DNA of 63,879 nucleotides, the filler included. It is 7 parts of 7 records of this genome, joined end to end, with 100 filler letters (N's around TTAATTAATTAA, not from the genome) between each part and the next. Parts side by side here need not be neighbours in the genome. Positions count along the whole stretch, not along the records: positions 35,670 to 45,272 come from SRR31156797_33800; positions 45,373 to 51,685 come from SRR31156797_33831; 5 more parts are not named here. The stretch is one strand, 5' to 3'. Of the stretch, positions 40,316 through 49,413 are shown one piece after another; within the stretch, counting starts at the first letter, position 1; the number at the start of each line of letters is the position of its first letter. Both the position numbers and the translations under genes were made by a program. The notes below the pieces were generated by a model. The model did not search any database. It was not told where the DNA came from and saw only the letters and a program-made list of their open reading frames with translations.

Positions 40316-41776
40316 TTATGGAGTAATAAGAGCAGGAATGCCTGGTAACTGACCAACTACAGCCAGCGAACCAACACAGACTATGAAGGCAAGGCCGGGG
40401 ATTAACAGTTTATCCTTAAATGAAAGCTTTTTTGTTCGGTCATGATCACCAATCAAGCCAAGGTTGTCAAGAAGCATGGTGGTAGCCCAACCAAACACCG
40501 GATTGACGATGGCACAGGCGAAGATGCAAATCCCCGCACTGAGAGAATCTTTGTACTCCTTTACCATCTGCATGCCGGCTTCAAGAAGTGGCAGGAAAAC
40601 ACCTACGATAAGTGCCACTCGAAGGACAGGTTCCCACATGGCCAGATCCATTGGATAACCGATAACCGCTGTTGAAACACAGAGAAGACCAGTGAGCAGT
40701 GCGCCACCAGGAATAGGTCGTTTAGCAATCGCAGCGGGGATCATATACGTCCCCCATGAGGAAGCGAGGTTGCCGCCACCAAGAAATGACCCTATACCTT
40801 GGCGGATAGATGCCACAGTCATTGTATCATCAACATCCATTAAGACGCCTTTTGCGTCTTTTGGATAGTTGAGTTCTTGAAAGACACGGTGACCAAGGAA
40901 GTCAGGAGACCACATGGCAACAGCTAATAGGGCAAAAGGCGTTACAGCTATGAATTGGCTGAGATTGGGCCAGCCAAGCTTCCAGCCTGTGGTTTCACCC
41001 CACCAGTACAATGGGCTCATGTGAGGAAGACCAGGTGTTGTGGAAAACTGGAAATCAGCGCCAAGCAAAAAGGCCACAACACCAGCCACAATGGAGCAGA
41101 GAGGGATGGCAACCCAGCGAAGTCGCACCTTAGCAAGGTAGGCATAGATAAGCAGGGTTACGCTAATCACTGCAAATGAAATGTACCCTTGATCGGTTGA
41201 AGTAGACCAGTTTTCAAGCTTGTTAATTTGACTGATAAGCCCGACCGCGCCAAGATAAATGAGCAACCCTCCGCGAACGCCTATGCCGGTAAGTGTCATC
41301 AGTTTTGAACCACCTTTGGTGTAGGCCAGCACAAGACCAAATGCTGTCACCATGAGACCAAGAGCTAAGGGATGGCCACCTGCTGCCGCTATAAGTGGGA
41401 TGAGTGGAATCATCGGCCCATGGGTACCGGCCAGGTTGGCATTTGGGGTAAGGACGGCGGAAAAAAGGATAACAAAAACAGCTCCTGCAATAAGCAGTTC
41501 CCAGCGGACATTTTCTGCAACAAAGGCATCGTCTAAACCATACTGGGTTGCAAAAACAGCAACCATGGCGGTAACCATCACAACCTTACCAATTGTAGCT
41601 GCAAGCGCTGGAACCCAGTCTTCAATTTCAATGTTGTAATCGCGTATGGGAAGGTTTAAGCCCCAACGCTTAAAATTCATAATTTTGAGCTCATGATCGA
41701 GGTAATCAGATCTGCTCTCAAATTCAGCTGCCTTCTTGCGCAATTGTTGATAAAACTTTTTTGAATCTTTAGCCAT
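40316..41776 (-). CDS. DUF3360 family multi-pass membrane protein (putative transporter)
   Basis: YLDHELKIM..KRWGLNLP.RDY.IE.EDWVPALAATIGKVVMV, ANLAGTHGP, WSPDFLGHRVFQ, SSWGTY; 12 or more TM. Family recognised from memory. Confidence 0.82.
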   Translation of the reverse strand: MAKDSKKFYQQLRKKAAEFESRSDYLDHELKIMNFKRWGLNLPIRDYNIEIEDWVPALAATIGKVVMVTAMVAVFATQYGLDDAFVAENVRWELLIAGAVFVILFSAVLTPNANLAGTHGPMIPLIPLIAAAGGHPLALGLMVTAFGLVLAYTKGGSKLMTLTGIGVRGGLLIYLGAVGLISQINKLENWSTSTDQGYISFAVISVTLLIYAYLAKVRLRWVAIPLCSIVAGVVAFLLGADFQFSTTPGLPHMSPLYWWGETTGWKLGWPNLSQFIAVTPFALLAVAMWSPDFLGHRVFQELNYPKDAKGVLMDVDDTMTVASIRQGIGSFLGGGNLASSWGTYMIPAAIAKRPIPGGALLTGLLCVSTAVIGYPMDLAMWEPVLRVALIVGVFLPLLEAGMQMVKEYKDSLSAGICIFACAIVNPVFGWATTMLLDNLGLIGDHDRTKKLSFKDKLLIPGLAFIVCVGSLAVVGQLPGIPALITP

Positions 41777-42130
41777 CTAGAATTTTACTCCATGTTGGTA
41801 AGTTTATGAAAGACGGGTCATTCGGATGCATCGAAGGTGTTGGCCATGCTGTGAAAATCTTTGCGGTGTCTTGAATGTAGCTGCTTGCACGGATTGTAAC
41901 GTACTGTCCTCAGGTGCTTCAGGGTCTATCTTCCTGATTTTCGAGTAGGAAGCGTTGAATTAAATGCTTTGGTAATAATGACTTGAAATCTGTTACTCTT
42001 TTTTACCGCTAAGGATGCGAGCAGCAATGGTGCTCGTTACCAAAATGTGCTGATTAGGATCAAATATTATCTGGCTGCCTGCAAGTGCTGACTCCTTGTT
42101 AATCGCCGGAAGTATTTATTGTTAGGGGGA

Positions 42131-42400
42131 ATCTGGGTAGAAGCACTGGCAGCCCAGCGCTCCCCCACAGATCCAGACGTGAAGATTTCCCTCATCCGGT
42201 TCCTTGGAATCCCCAGGCCAGCGTCTGAGAATTACCGGGCAGGTCTAACTCCACCCGGCGCATAACTCAGCTGCCCAGCTGATCAGGTTTGATGCAGTAT
42301 CCTCGGATGAGGTAGCGGGAACTTCTTACAAATCATAAGCTCGTAGTTGTTCCAAGTTATTACGCCCGCCACTACGTCTGCTCAATCAATACCTGAACCT
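42131..42400 (-). mobile_element. Group II intron 3' remnant (maturase C-terminus plus ribozyme domains V and VI)
   Basis: Minus strand encodes LSRRS.../GVITWNNYELMICKKFPLPHPRILHQT* (stop 42283). DV GAACCGGAT-GAGGGAAATCTTC-AC-GTCTGGATC at about 42170-42202. DVI GGGGGAGCGCTGG-GCTG-CCAGTGCTTCT(A)CCC, ending AGAT at 42131. Confidence 0.88.
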
Positions 42401-42827
42401 TGGCCCTCTAGCATAAGCATAACCTCACCCGTTTTTGTGATTCACATATCTTTTGCTTTATTTACATTTTGAACTGCAAAAAAGGTTATTAAACCGAATA
42501 GAATGAATACTAACAGGATGAGACGGAGCATTCGAATTTTTATACTAAGTTTTCCAAGTATTTTTAAGCCACTAGGTTAGCCGCATGGCTCTTGGTGTCT
42601 GCATATACAAGTACGCTCACCACTATCCGTTCTAAAGCATAACTGCTGATTCGAGTAGGCTAGTGCGACACGCGTGCCAGAATGTTAGAAAAGCGGCAAG
42701 TGTATTTATATCAAAATGTTATAGGATTACTTTGAAGATGCGGGCTAAGATATGGCTTGGGCAAATTCTGGAATACAAGACAGAGAGAGCCCAATATTCT
42801 GGATTTCTGGATTGGGTGTATATCTGA

Positions 42828-43059
42828 TTGGCATCTCTGAAACAGACTCACCCCAAATACACATGGCGAGAGTGGTCGATTGTCCCCGCCTACCAGCAAG
42901 CCATGCAGGGTGACTACACATTAGTTAAAGAGTTGCAAGAAGTACTTGGCTGTCCATATGGTGAGCAATCACAAAAAGTCGAAAATAAATACTATCGTCT
43001 AAAAACTAAGTCCTTTTTTTAATAGAGGTGGCGTGTCGCGCTATAGCTGTTCATCTTGA
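42828..43059 (+). pseudogene. selO: SelO/YdiU protein adenylyltransferase C-terminal remnant, frameshifted
   Basis: KQTHPKYTWREW...AYQQAMQGDYTLVKELQEVL..PY, frameshift in a T-run at about 43014-43020, then NRGGVSRYSCSS*, the family's terminal CSS. Confidence 0.82.
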
Positions 43060-43108
43060 CTTTGAATAAAATTTGAAAAATAGGAATGAGGTTTGCTCAG
43101 CTGGGCAC

Positions 43109-43164
43109 GGCTAACAAGTCAATGTTGCCGGACTCGCTAACGTGCCTGATCCGCCACGTTAATG
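43109..43164 (+). other. Degenerate attC-like site
   Basis: GGCTAAC-AAGTCAATG...CTGAT-CCGCCAC-GTTAATG, 56 bp, imperfect pairing. Confidence 0.3.
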
Positions 43165-43491
43165 TTGCAATATCGAAGATCAGAACATCTTACCAGTGGC
43201 TCCATTTTACCTTATTATTGAGAATATAGGGTAATGGTCGCAAACGTGTAACCTAAACCGGATTCATGTTGTGAATCAAAACAGCGCTATTTAATTATCT
43301 CCAACCAGTAGGGATCAGGAGTATAGATTTTTTAGAAAAATTTCTGAACTTAAATTTTGAGCCTCAAATCATGATCTATAGACATGGACTCTCGTCTTGA
43401 TCAAACTTCAATATAGCTATGTTGACTTTGGTAAATAAATGGGTTGGGTGTCTCATTTTTTCTCTCTGTTTTCTAAGGTATAGCTCTCACC

Positions 43492-43821
43492 TCACAGAGA
43501 AATGTTATGCGTTTGATTAGTTGTTAGCCGAATTTGACTTCTATACATTTCTTGGTCACTTCTTAACACAACTATTTCATATGACCCTGCAGTTAGCCCG
43601 CTGATATAGTATCTCCCATCATCTCCTGTAAGCGAACGAGCTACACTCACTCCTCTATTGACCACTTCAACCCATAATGAAGAAGCAGGTCTGTTAGTTG
43701 ATCTCATAACAACCGTGCCAGTGAGATAAAGGGTTGATTGGGCCTTTGGCAGCGGCATATTATACGCAATAAAGCCGATGGATATGATAAGAAATAACCC
43801 TAATGATTTTGATATGTTCAT
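43492..43821 (-). CDS. Small exported carboxypeptidase-regulatory-like (transthyretin-fold) domain protein
   Basis: Signal peptide; LTGTVV...TGDDGRYYISGLTAGSYEI. Confidence 0.75.
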   Translation of the reverse strand: MNISKSLGLFLIISIGFIAYNMPLPKAQSTLYLTGTVVMRSTNRPASSLWVEVVNRGVSVARSLTGDDGRYYISGLTAGSYEIVVLRSDQEMYRSQIRLTTNQTHNISL

Positions 43822-43846
43822 TTGTATTATCCTCAGAGATTTTTAC

Positions 43847-44263
43847 CTACAAATCTTTACACCTTTCGTAGCTCAACAATGATTTTACGACCTCTACCTC
43901 TCCTGAGGACTCGTCTTTTGATATTAACACTCTTGATGCTTTACCCGATGTGATATTTCGAACGATGACCCAATACGATGTGTCCGGTATTTGCTGGAAA
44001 GTGAATCTGCCTTTGTCATCCGTAGTTGCCATGCGCTCACTTCCTGATGCGCGGATCAAGTAAACTTCTGCATTTTGCAGGGGATCATTTTCCCCTGAAG
44101 TAATTTTTCCGTTTATTGTACATTTTTCTGGCTGAAGCTGTGTAGCGTTATCTTTCCTGTCAAGATAAGGAACTATACCAATGAAAGCCACAACGATTGC
44201 AGTGGCAGCTGAAATGAGCGCAGTAATTATTACCACTTTAGGGGATGTACCATTTATTCCCAT
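43847..44263 (-). CDS. Membrane-anchored carboxypeptidase-regulatory-like domain protein
   Basis: N-terminal TM; INGKITS...PLQNAEVYL...TTDDKGRFTFQQIP; ATG 44263 after GGAG. Confidence 0.75.
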   Translation of the reverse strand: MGINGTSPKVVIITALISAATAIVVAFIGIVPYLDRKDNATQLQPEKCTINGKITSGENDPLQNAEVYLIRASGSERMATTDDKGRFTFQQIPDTSYWVIVRNITSGKASRVLISKDESSGEVEVVKSLLSYERCKDL

Positions 44264-44684
44264 ATGATTTACTCCATTTCTTTTGAGGAATCCGAAAATC
44301 AAACGGTTAGAGCAGAACTCTATCACCTAAAACAGACTAGTGAATCAGGTTATGAGATATCACCTTTTGCTAGTATTCCGAACCACCATACTTCCACTTG
44401 GTCAAGACTGATAGGAGGTATCATTACTTCGTTAACGTAGAATTCACAGCCTAGCTTCAGCAAGGCCGGCAGATTGGTTACTTTTGTTAATTCATTTTTT
44501 AATTACACACTACTGTTAGCTTACGAGATTATTATCTATTAAGAAAAAATGACAAAATACCATTGTTATCTTGTATTCAGGATTCTTTCCCCCTACACTT
44601 AATAACGATTATGTAAGTTGTATGTGATCTTATATTGACAAGGTATCAAATCTCTATATTTTCCATCCAAGCGGAGGAAGCGTA

Positions 44685-44996
44685 TTGTTCGGAAGATTGA
44701 AATCAGAAGATAACAAGCTCATGATAGAGGCTGCTGATAGCTTACAACCTCTGATCCAGTCCTGTTACAGGTGGCACGAGACCAAGCAAGCCATGATTAG
44801 TAACAATATCTGCAGCTCTAAAGATGTTCAAAGGATAGAGTGTGGTATCTCTCAATTCGTTGCGATTGAATATATCTCAGAGCTCAAGATTCACGGGAAA
44901 CAAATGAGCCGTAAGAGACTCATAGAGACCATAAATCGAGTCACTGCGGCAGCAGTTAAAGGGCTATCCATCAACCTGCCAATTGTCCATCAATAA
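44685..44996 (+). CDS. Hypothetical protein or fragment
   Basis: GGAGG upstream of a TTG start; no family recognised. Confidence 0.3.
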   Translation: MFGRLKSEDNKLMIEAADSLQPLIQSCYRWHETKQAMISNNICSSKDVQRIECGISQFVAIEYISELKIHGKQMSRKRLIETINRVTAAAVKGLSINLPIVHQ

Positions 44997-45272
44997 TAGG
45001 TGTAGCAGCCCGCAGGGATAAACCCCCGGCCCCACATCTATTGTATCGTGATTTCAATAACTCGCACCTAAAGTAATTTTTGTTTTAAAGGAGCGGTGGA
45101 TGACTAAAAAGAACGGTATCTATATCCCTTATCCAATTATGGGGTTCAAAAGGAAAAATGACAGGAACTTGCTAATAGCTTGGAACATGTTGCAAGATTC
45201 GTTACGTTCGATGTGGCAATGTTAAGTTTCAATCTCAGTTACTTGTTTTGCTTCAGTTGGAAACGGAAAAAT

Positions 45273-45372
45273 NNNNNNNNNNNNNNNNNNNNNNNNNNNN
45301 NNNNNNNNNNNNNNNNTTAATTAATTAANNNNNNNNNNNNNNNNNNNNNNNNNNNNNNNNNNNNNNNNNNNN
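45273..45372. other. Artificial contig spacer
   Basis: N-run plus TTAATTAATTAA. Confidence 0.99.
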
Positions 45373-45998
45373 TTAAGCATATGCTAACACGCTTGTTTTA
45401 GGGCTAAAGGTTACGTCTTCATCGCTTTTATTCTTCGAAGCGGTTGCTATTGCCGTTACCATGCATATGGAGAAGATTGACAGCATTCCGTGTACCGGCA
45501 TCTGTAATTCGATGTTTCCCAGAAGTTTGTAACAATACGCTAAAAGGATTGGTAGCAATTGGGGATAAGGCGCTTGGGTGTAATGGTAATCAATTGGGAC
45601 ATTATTAAATTGTTGAATTGCCCACATGTTCCAACTGTATATTTCGTCATTGGAACAAAAAGACTGGACCCCCATCTCTACAACAAAGGGTACCATTATT
45701 AATAAAGAGAATAGAAAAATATAAATCGATTTTTTCGGCCATGATAATTGATTCGTTTTTAAAAATGAAATTATTCTAATTGCCGAAATGACAATAAACG
45801 TTGCGGAAATGGTAACAACCGATACATGGGAAAAAAGACCGAAATATTGGAGCACCTTGGTGATGAAGGTGATAATTAAGTACTGACAATGGGAATTGTA
45901 ATTACCAATCCGGGTGATGAAATGAGCCTTGGAAACAGGGACAATGCAGGGACCGAATAGACACAAATGAATAAGGCTGAGTAATAGAATAGATACAT
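45373..45998 (-). pseudogene. Multi-TM membrane protein, apparently frameshifted and truncated (possible GT-C-like N-terminus)
   Basis: ATG 45998 gives hydrophobic MYLFYYSALFICVYSVPALSLFP...IVST*. Hydrophobic sequence continues in another frame with NDEIYSWNMWA and YPQLLP. Confidence 0.4.
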
Positions 45999-46257
45999 TT
46001 TTTTATAATTCCTACATTCTTAAAAAGATGATTGAACCATTTATTCAAGACTTTGTCGAATACCACAACACGAAGGGGTATGAAAGGAAAATATCATTGT
46101 GCTAAACAAGTTTCAAATAGGCTGATATTTTTCTGATCGCTCCATGAGCGACCGCTGTCCAGCCTGTTAAAAATCAGGCGGAGAATTGCGGTTTTTTGCA
46201 ACAAATTGTTATTTTAATGATTTTATGATATCTATGCCCGGTTGATTTTAAGAGTTT

Positions 46258-47784
46258 ATGAAAAAGGAGTACAGTTTGGTTTCACGTTTTTTTGAAAGTG
46301 TAGTATCCGCGGGCAACACGTTCCTATGGTCATATCTGCTTATTTTCCTGCTTATTGCTGTCGGGATCTATTTTACGGTCAGAACGAATTTTGTTCAATT
46401 CAGGTTCCTGGGCGAAATGCTCAGGCTGTTGGGGGAAGGGGCCAAAACAACGGTCTCCAGGGAAGGGAACGGAAAGGTCTCGTCATTCCAGGCCTTCTGC
46501 ATCAGCACCGCCTCACGGGTGGGAACCGGAAACCTGGCAGGCGTTGCCATTGCCATCTCCGTGGGCGGCCCGGGCGCCGTTTTCTGGATGTGGATGCTGG
46601 CCCTGGTGGGTGCGGCTTCGGGATTTGTGGAAAGCACCCTGGCCCAGATCTATAAAGTGAAGAACAAGGACGGGTACAGGGGCGGACCCGCCTACTACAT
46701 GGAAAAAGCCCTGGGCATGCGGGGCATGGGCATCCTTTTTTCCATTCTGATTACCATCAGCTTCGGCCTTGTTTTCAACTCCGTTCAGGCAAACACCATC
46801 ACCCTTGCGGTGGAGCAGGCCTTCGGCGTCAGCCGGCCGGTTTTCGGGGTGCTTTTGGCGGCATTCGCCGGGTTCATCATCTTCGGCGGCGTCAAGAGGG
46901 TGGCCAAGACCTCTGAAATCATCGTACCTGTAATGGCCGTGGCCTATCTGCTGGTGGCCCTGTTTATCGTCGTGAAAAACATCTCCCATGTGCCCGCTGT
47001 ATTCTCCCTTATCATCGAGAACGCTTTCGGATTGAAACAGGCCGTTGGCGGCGGGATGGGCGTGGCCCTGATGCAGGGGATCAAGCGGGGCCTCTTCTCC
47101 AATGAGGCCGGCATGGGCAGCGCCCCCAATGCCGCGGCAACCGCCGACGTGAGCCATCCCGTCAAGCAGGGCTTTATCCAGACCCTGGGCGTGTTTACCG
47201 ATACGATCCTCATCTGCAGCGCCACCGCATTTATCGTGCTGCTTTCCGGTGCCTGGGGCACCGAAGGGCTGACGGGAATCCAGTTGACCCAGGCCGCATT
47301 GAGCGCCCAGGTGGGCGGTTGGGGAAACAACTTTGTTGCCTTGTGCATCCTGTTTTTTGCCTTCAGCTCCATTATCGGCAACTACTATTACGGCGAATCC
47401 AATATCGAGTTCATCCATCCCGGCAGAAAATGGGTGTTCCTCTACCGGGCGTCGGTGGTGGGCATGGTCCTCATGGGCTCGGTGGCCAAGGTGCAGATCG
47501 TATGGGACATGGCCGACCTCTTCATGGGCGCCATGGCCCTGATCAACCTGATCGCCATTACACTGCTTGGGAAAATCGCCTTTGCCGCATTGAAAGATTA
47601 TGCAAGGCAGAAAAAAGAGGGGAAAGATCCCGTCTTCACCGCCGGCAGCATCAAAGGACTGAAAAATGTCGAGTGCTGGGGCGGTAACGGGGAAACGGAC
47701 CGGGCGGTTCCCGGAACCGCCACCGTTTCATTCAAGGACCCGGTTCGGGTGCCCGTAAGCGATCCGGGCACCCTGCACGGATAA
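46258..47784 (+). CDS. Alanine/glycine:cation symporter (AGCS, AlsT-like)
   Basis: RVGTGNLAGVA, GGPGAVFWMW, GGPAYY, RGLFSNEAGMGSAP, DTILICSAT. Confidence 0.96.
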   Translation: MKKEYSLVSRFFESVVSAGNTFLWSYLLIFLLIAVGIYFTVRTNFVQFRFLGEMLRLLGEGAKTTVSREGNGKVSSFQAFCISTASRVGTGNLAGVAIAISVGGPGAVFWMWMLALVGAASGFVESTLAQIYKVKNKDGYRGGPAYYMEKALGMRGMGILFSILITISFGLVFNSVQANTITLAVEQAFGVSRPVFGVLLAAFAGFIIFGGVKRVAKTSEIIVPVMAVAYLLVALFIVVKNISHVPAVFSLIIENAFGLKQAVGGGMGVALMQGIKRGLFSNEAGMGSAPNAAATADVSHPVKQGFIQTLGVFTDTILICSATAFIVLLSGAWGTEGLTGIQLTQAALSAQVGGWGNNFVALCILFFAFSSIIGNYYYGESNIEFIHPGRKWVFLYRASVVGMVLMGSVAKVQIVWDMADLFMGAMALINLIAITLLGKIAFAALKDYARQKKEGKDPVFTAGSIKGLKNVECWGGNGETDRAVPGTATVSFKDPVRVPVSDPGTLHG

Positions 47785-47805
47785 ACAGCCGGGCCTTAAT
47801 TTGAA

Positions 47806-47832
47806 GGGAATCCGCAACAAAGACGGATTCCC
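47806..47832. terminator. Hairpin between convergent AGCS and MATE genes
   Basis: GGGAATCCG-N9-CGGATTCCC. Confidence 0.55.
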
Positions 47833-47848
47833 ATGGCCCCCGGGCAAA

Positions 47849-49177
47849 TCAACAGGGAAGGGCGCTGCCATACACCGGCAGCGCCTTTTTTTTGTTTTGG
47901 GACAGCACCTTGATGAACAGGGCGGAATTGAGACATGCCATGGCCGACAAACCCATGGCCATGCCCATCCACAGGCCGGCAGCGCCCATGCCTTGTACAT
48001 AAGCCAGGAAGCAGCCCGCCGGAAACCCCACGGTCCAGATGCCCAGGAAGCCGTAAACCATGGGCTTGAACGTGACCTCAATGCCCCGGAGGCAGCCCTG
48101 GAGGGTTACCTGGATGCAATCCGGAATCTGGTAGATGGCCCCGAAAAACAGCAGGGTTACCCCATATTCGATCACCTCGGGATCCCCCGTGGCAATGGAT
48201 ATGATCCTTTCCGGAATCAGAAGGAACAGGATCCCCATGGCCGATGCGGACAAAAGCCCCAGGGATACCGTGGCAAGGGCACAGGAGCCGATCTTCCTGA
48301 AATCCCTGTTCCCGAAGGCGCTGCCGATTTTGACCGAGGAGGCGCTGGCAAGTGCGTAGGGAACCATGTACGTAAGCGAGGTGATGTTGATCAGGATGTT
48401 GTTTGCCGCGGAAACCACCACCGACATTTTGCCCGCAAGGACGGTGACAAGGGAAAAAATGAGGCCCACCAGCAGGCCGTTCAGGCCGATGGGAATGCCT
48501 TTCCTGTATAACTGGCCCATGATGTCAAAGGAGACCCGATACTTGAACTTGAGGGTTTGGGCGGTATGGATATACAGAAGGATTGCCATCAGGGTTCTCG
48601 ACAATACGGTCGCAAGGGCGGCTCCGGCGATGCCAAGTTCCAGTGTAAACATGAAGAACACATTGGCCGCAAGGTTGAACAGGTTGAAAAAGACGATCAG
48701 GCCGTTGGCGAACATGGTCTTTTCACGGGCCTGGAGATTCTCCTTCAGCACCAGGAATACCATGACCGGGATGATGGAGGCCGCGGTTATCATGAGATAT
48801 TCGAATACCAGTTTGCCGATTCGGTCCTCAAATCCCATGTGGTTCACACAGAACCCGGCGACAAATATCAACCCCGCAAGCACGGTTCCGGTGATAAGCG
48901 CAAGGAGCAGGCTGGTGCCCGGCATTGCCCCCACATCCTCCTTCGCCGCAAGCATCCGGGCTTTTAAGGGGCTTATGGCAAAGGTGATCCCGGTGCCGAT
49001 CAAAAGGAACGGGGAAAAGATGGCCGTGGCGATGCCAAGGGCGGAGAGCACCTCGGTGGAGTAGTGGCCGGCAACGATGATGTCCCCGATGCCGAAAAGC
49101 ATCTGGCCCAGCTGACCTGCGATGATGGGGATCGAGAAGAGAAACACTTCCCTTAAAGAACGAAAATAAAGTGACAT
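47849..49177 (-). CDS. MATE family efflux transporter
   Basis: SIPIIAGQLGQMLFGIGDIIVAGH, LGIAGAALAT, QIPDCIQ, GAAGLWMG; about 12 TM. Confidence 0.93.
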   Translation of the reverse strand: MSLYFRSLREVFLFSIPIIAGQLGQMLFGIGDIIVAGHYSTEVLSALGIATAIFSPFLLIGTGITFAISPLKARMLAAKEDVGAMPGTSLLLALITGTVLAGLIFVAGFCVNHMGFEDRIGKLVFEYLMITAASIIPVMVFLVLKENLQAREKTMFANGLIVFFNLFNLAANVFFMFTLELGIAGAALATVLSRTLMAILLYIHTAQTLKFKYRVSFDIMGQLYRKGIPIGLNGLLVGLIFSLVTVLAGKMSVVVSAANNILINITSLTYMVPYALASASSVKIGSAFGNRDFRKIGSCALATVSLGLLSASAMGILFLLIPERIISIATGDPEVIEYGVTLLFFGAIYQIPDCIQVTLQGCLRGIEVTFKPMVYGFLGIWTVGFPAGCFLAYVQGMGAAGLWMGMAMGLSAMACLNSALFIKVLSQNKKKALPVYGSALPC

Positions 49178-49179
49178 TT

Positions 49180-49336
49180 CAATGCTCCTTCAAAAAAGTT
49201 TATCAAACGATAAAACCATCAGGAGCATGGGTGTTTTTTTCGAGGTCTCCCGATAATTTCATTATCAGGATTCCTTCGAGAAAACGGTGTCATAACTCTA
49301 AAAGAGGAGGAAGAAATCCAAAAGTAACCTCTTTTA
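49180..49336 (-). promoter_or_regulatory. Structured 5' leader of MATE gene with SD-sequestering stem
   Basis: Three consecutive hairpins; leader ATGCTCCT (49221-49228) is complementary to the SD region AGGAGCAT (49182-49189). Confidence 0.5.
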
Positions 49337-49413
49337 ACAACAAACCGCTTCTATTTTTTTGAAGAAGGGTTAAATACGTTGGTTTGACCCTTTTGTCAAT
49401 ATAAATATCCGGA

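Noticed and set aside
41777-42130. Riboswitch in the long DUF3360 leader
   Set aside because: No recognisable aptamer consensus. The structured sequence further upstream is explained by the group II intron remnant.
12700-43059. Apparent 'selenium island' (Sec-HdrA, yqeBC, selO fragment)
   Set aside because: The three lie on different contigs with different composition, so co-occurrence in this window is a concatenation artefact. The bacterial SelO here ends in Cys, not Sec.
46020-46257. Glycine riboswitch expected upstream of the AGCS symporter
   Set aside because: No GGAGA...CCGAAG...CTCTCAGG aptamer pattern found; only generic short hairpins.
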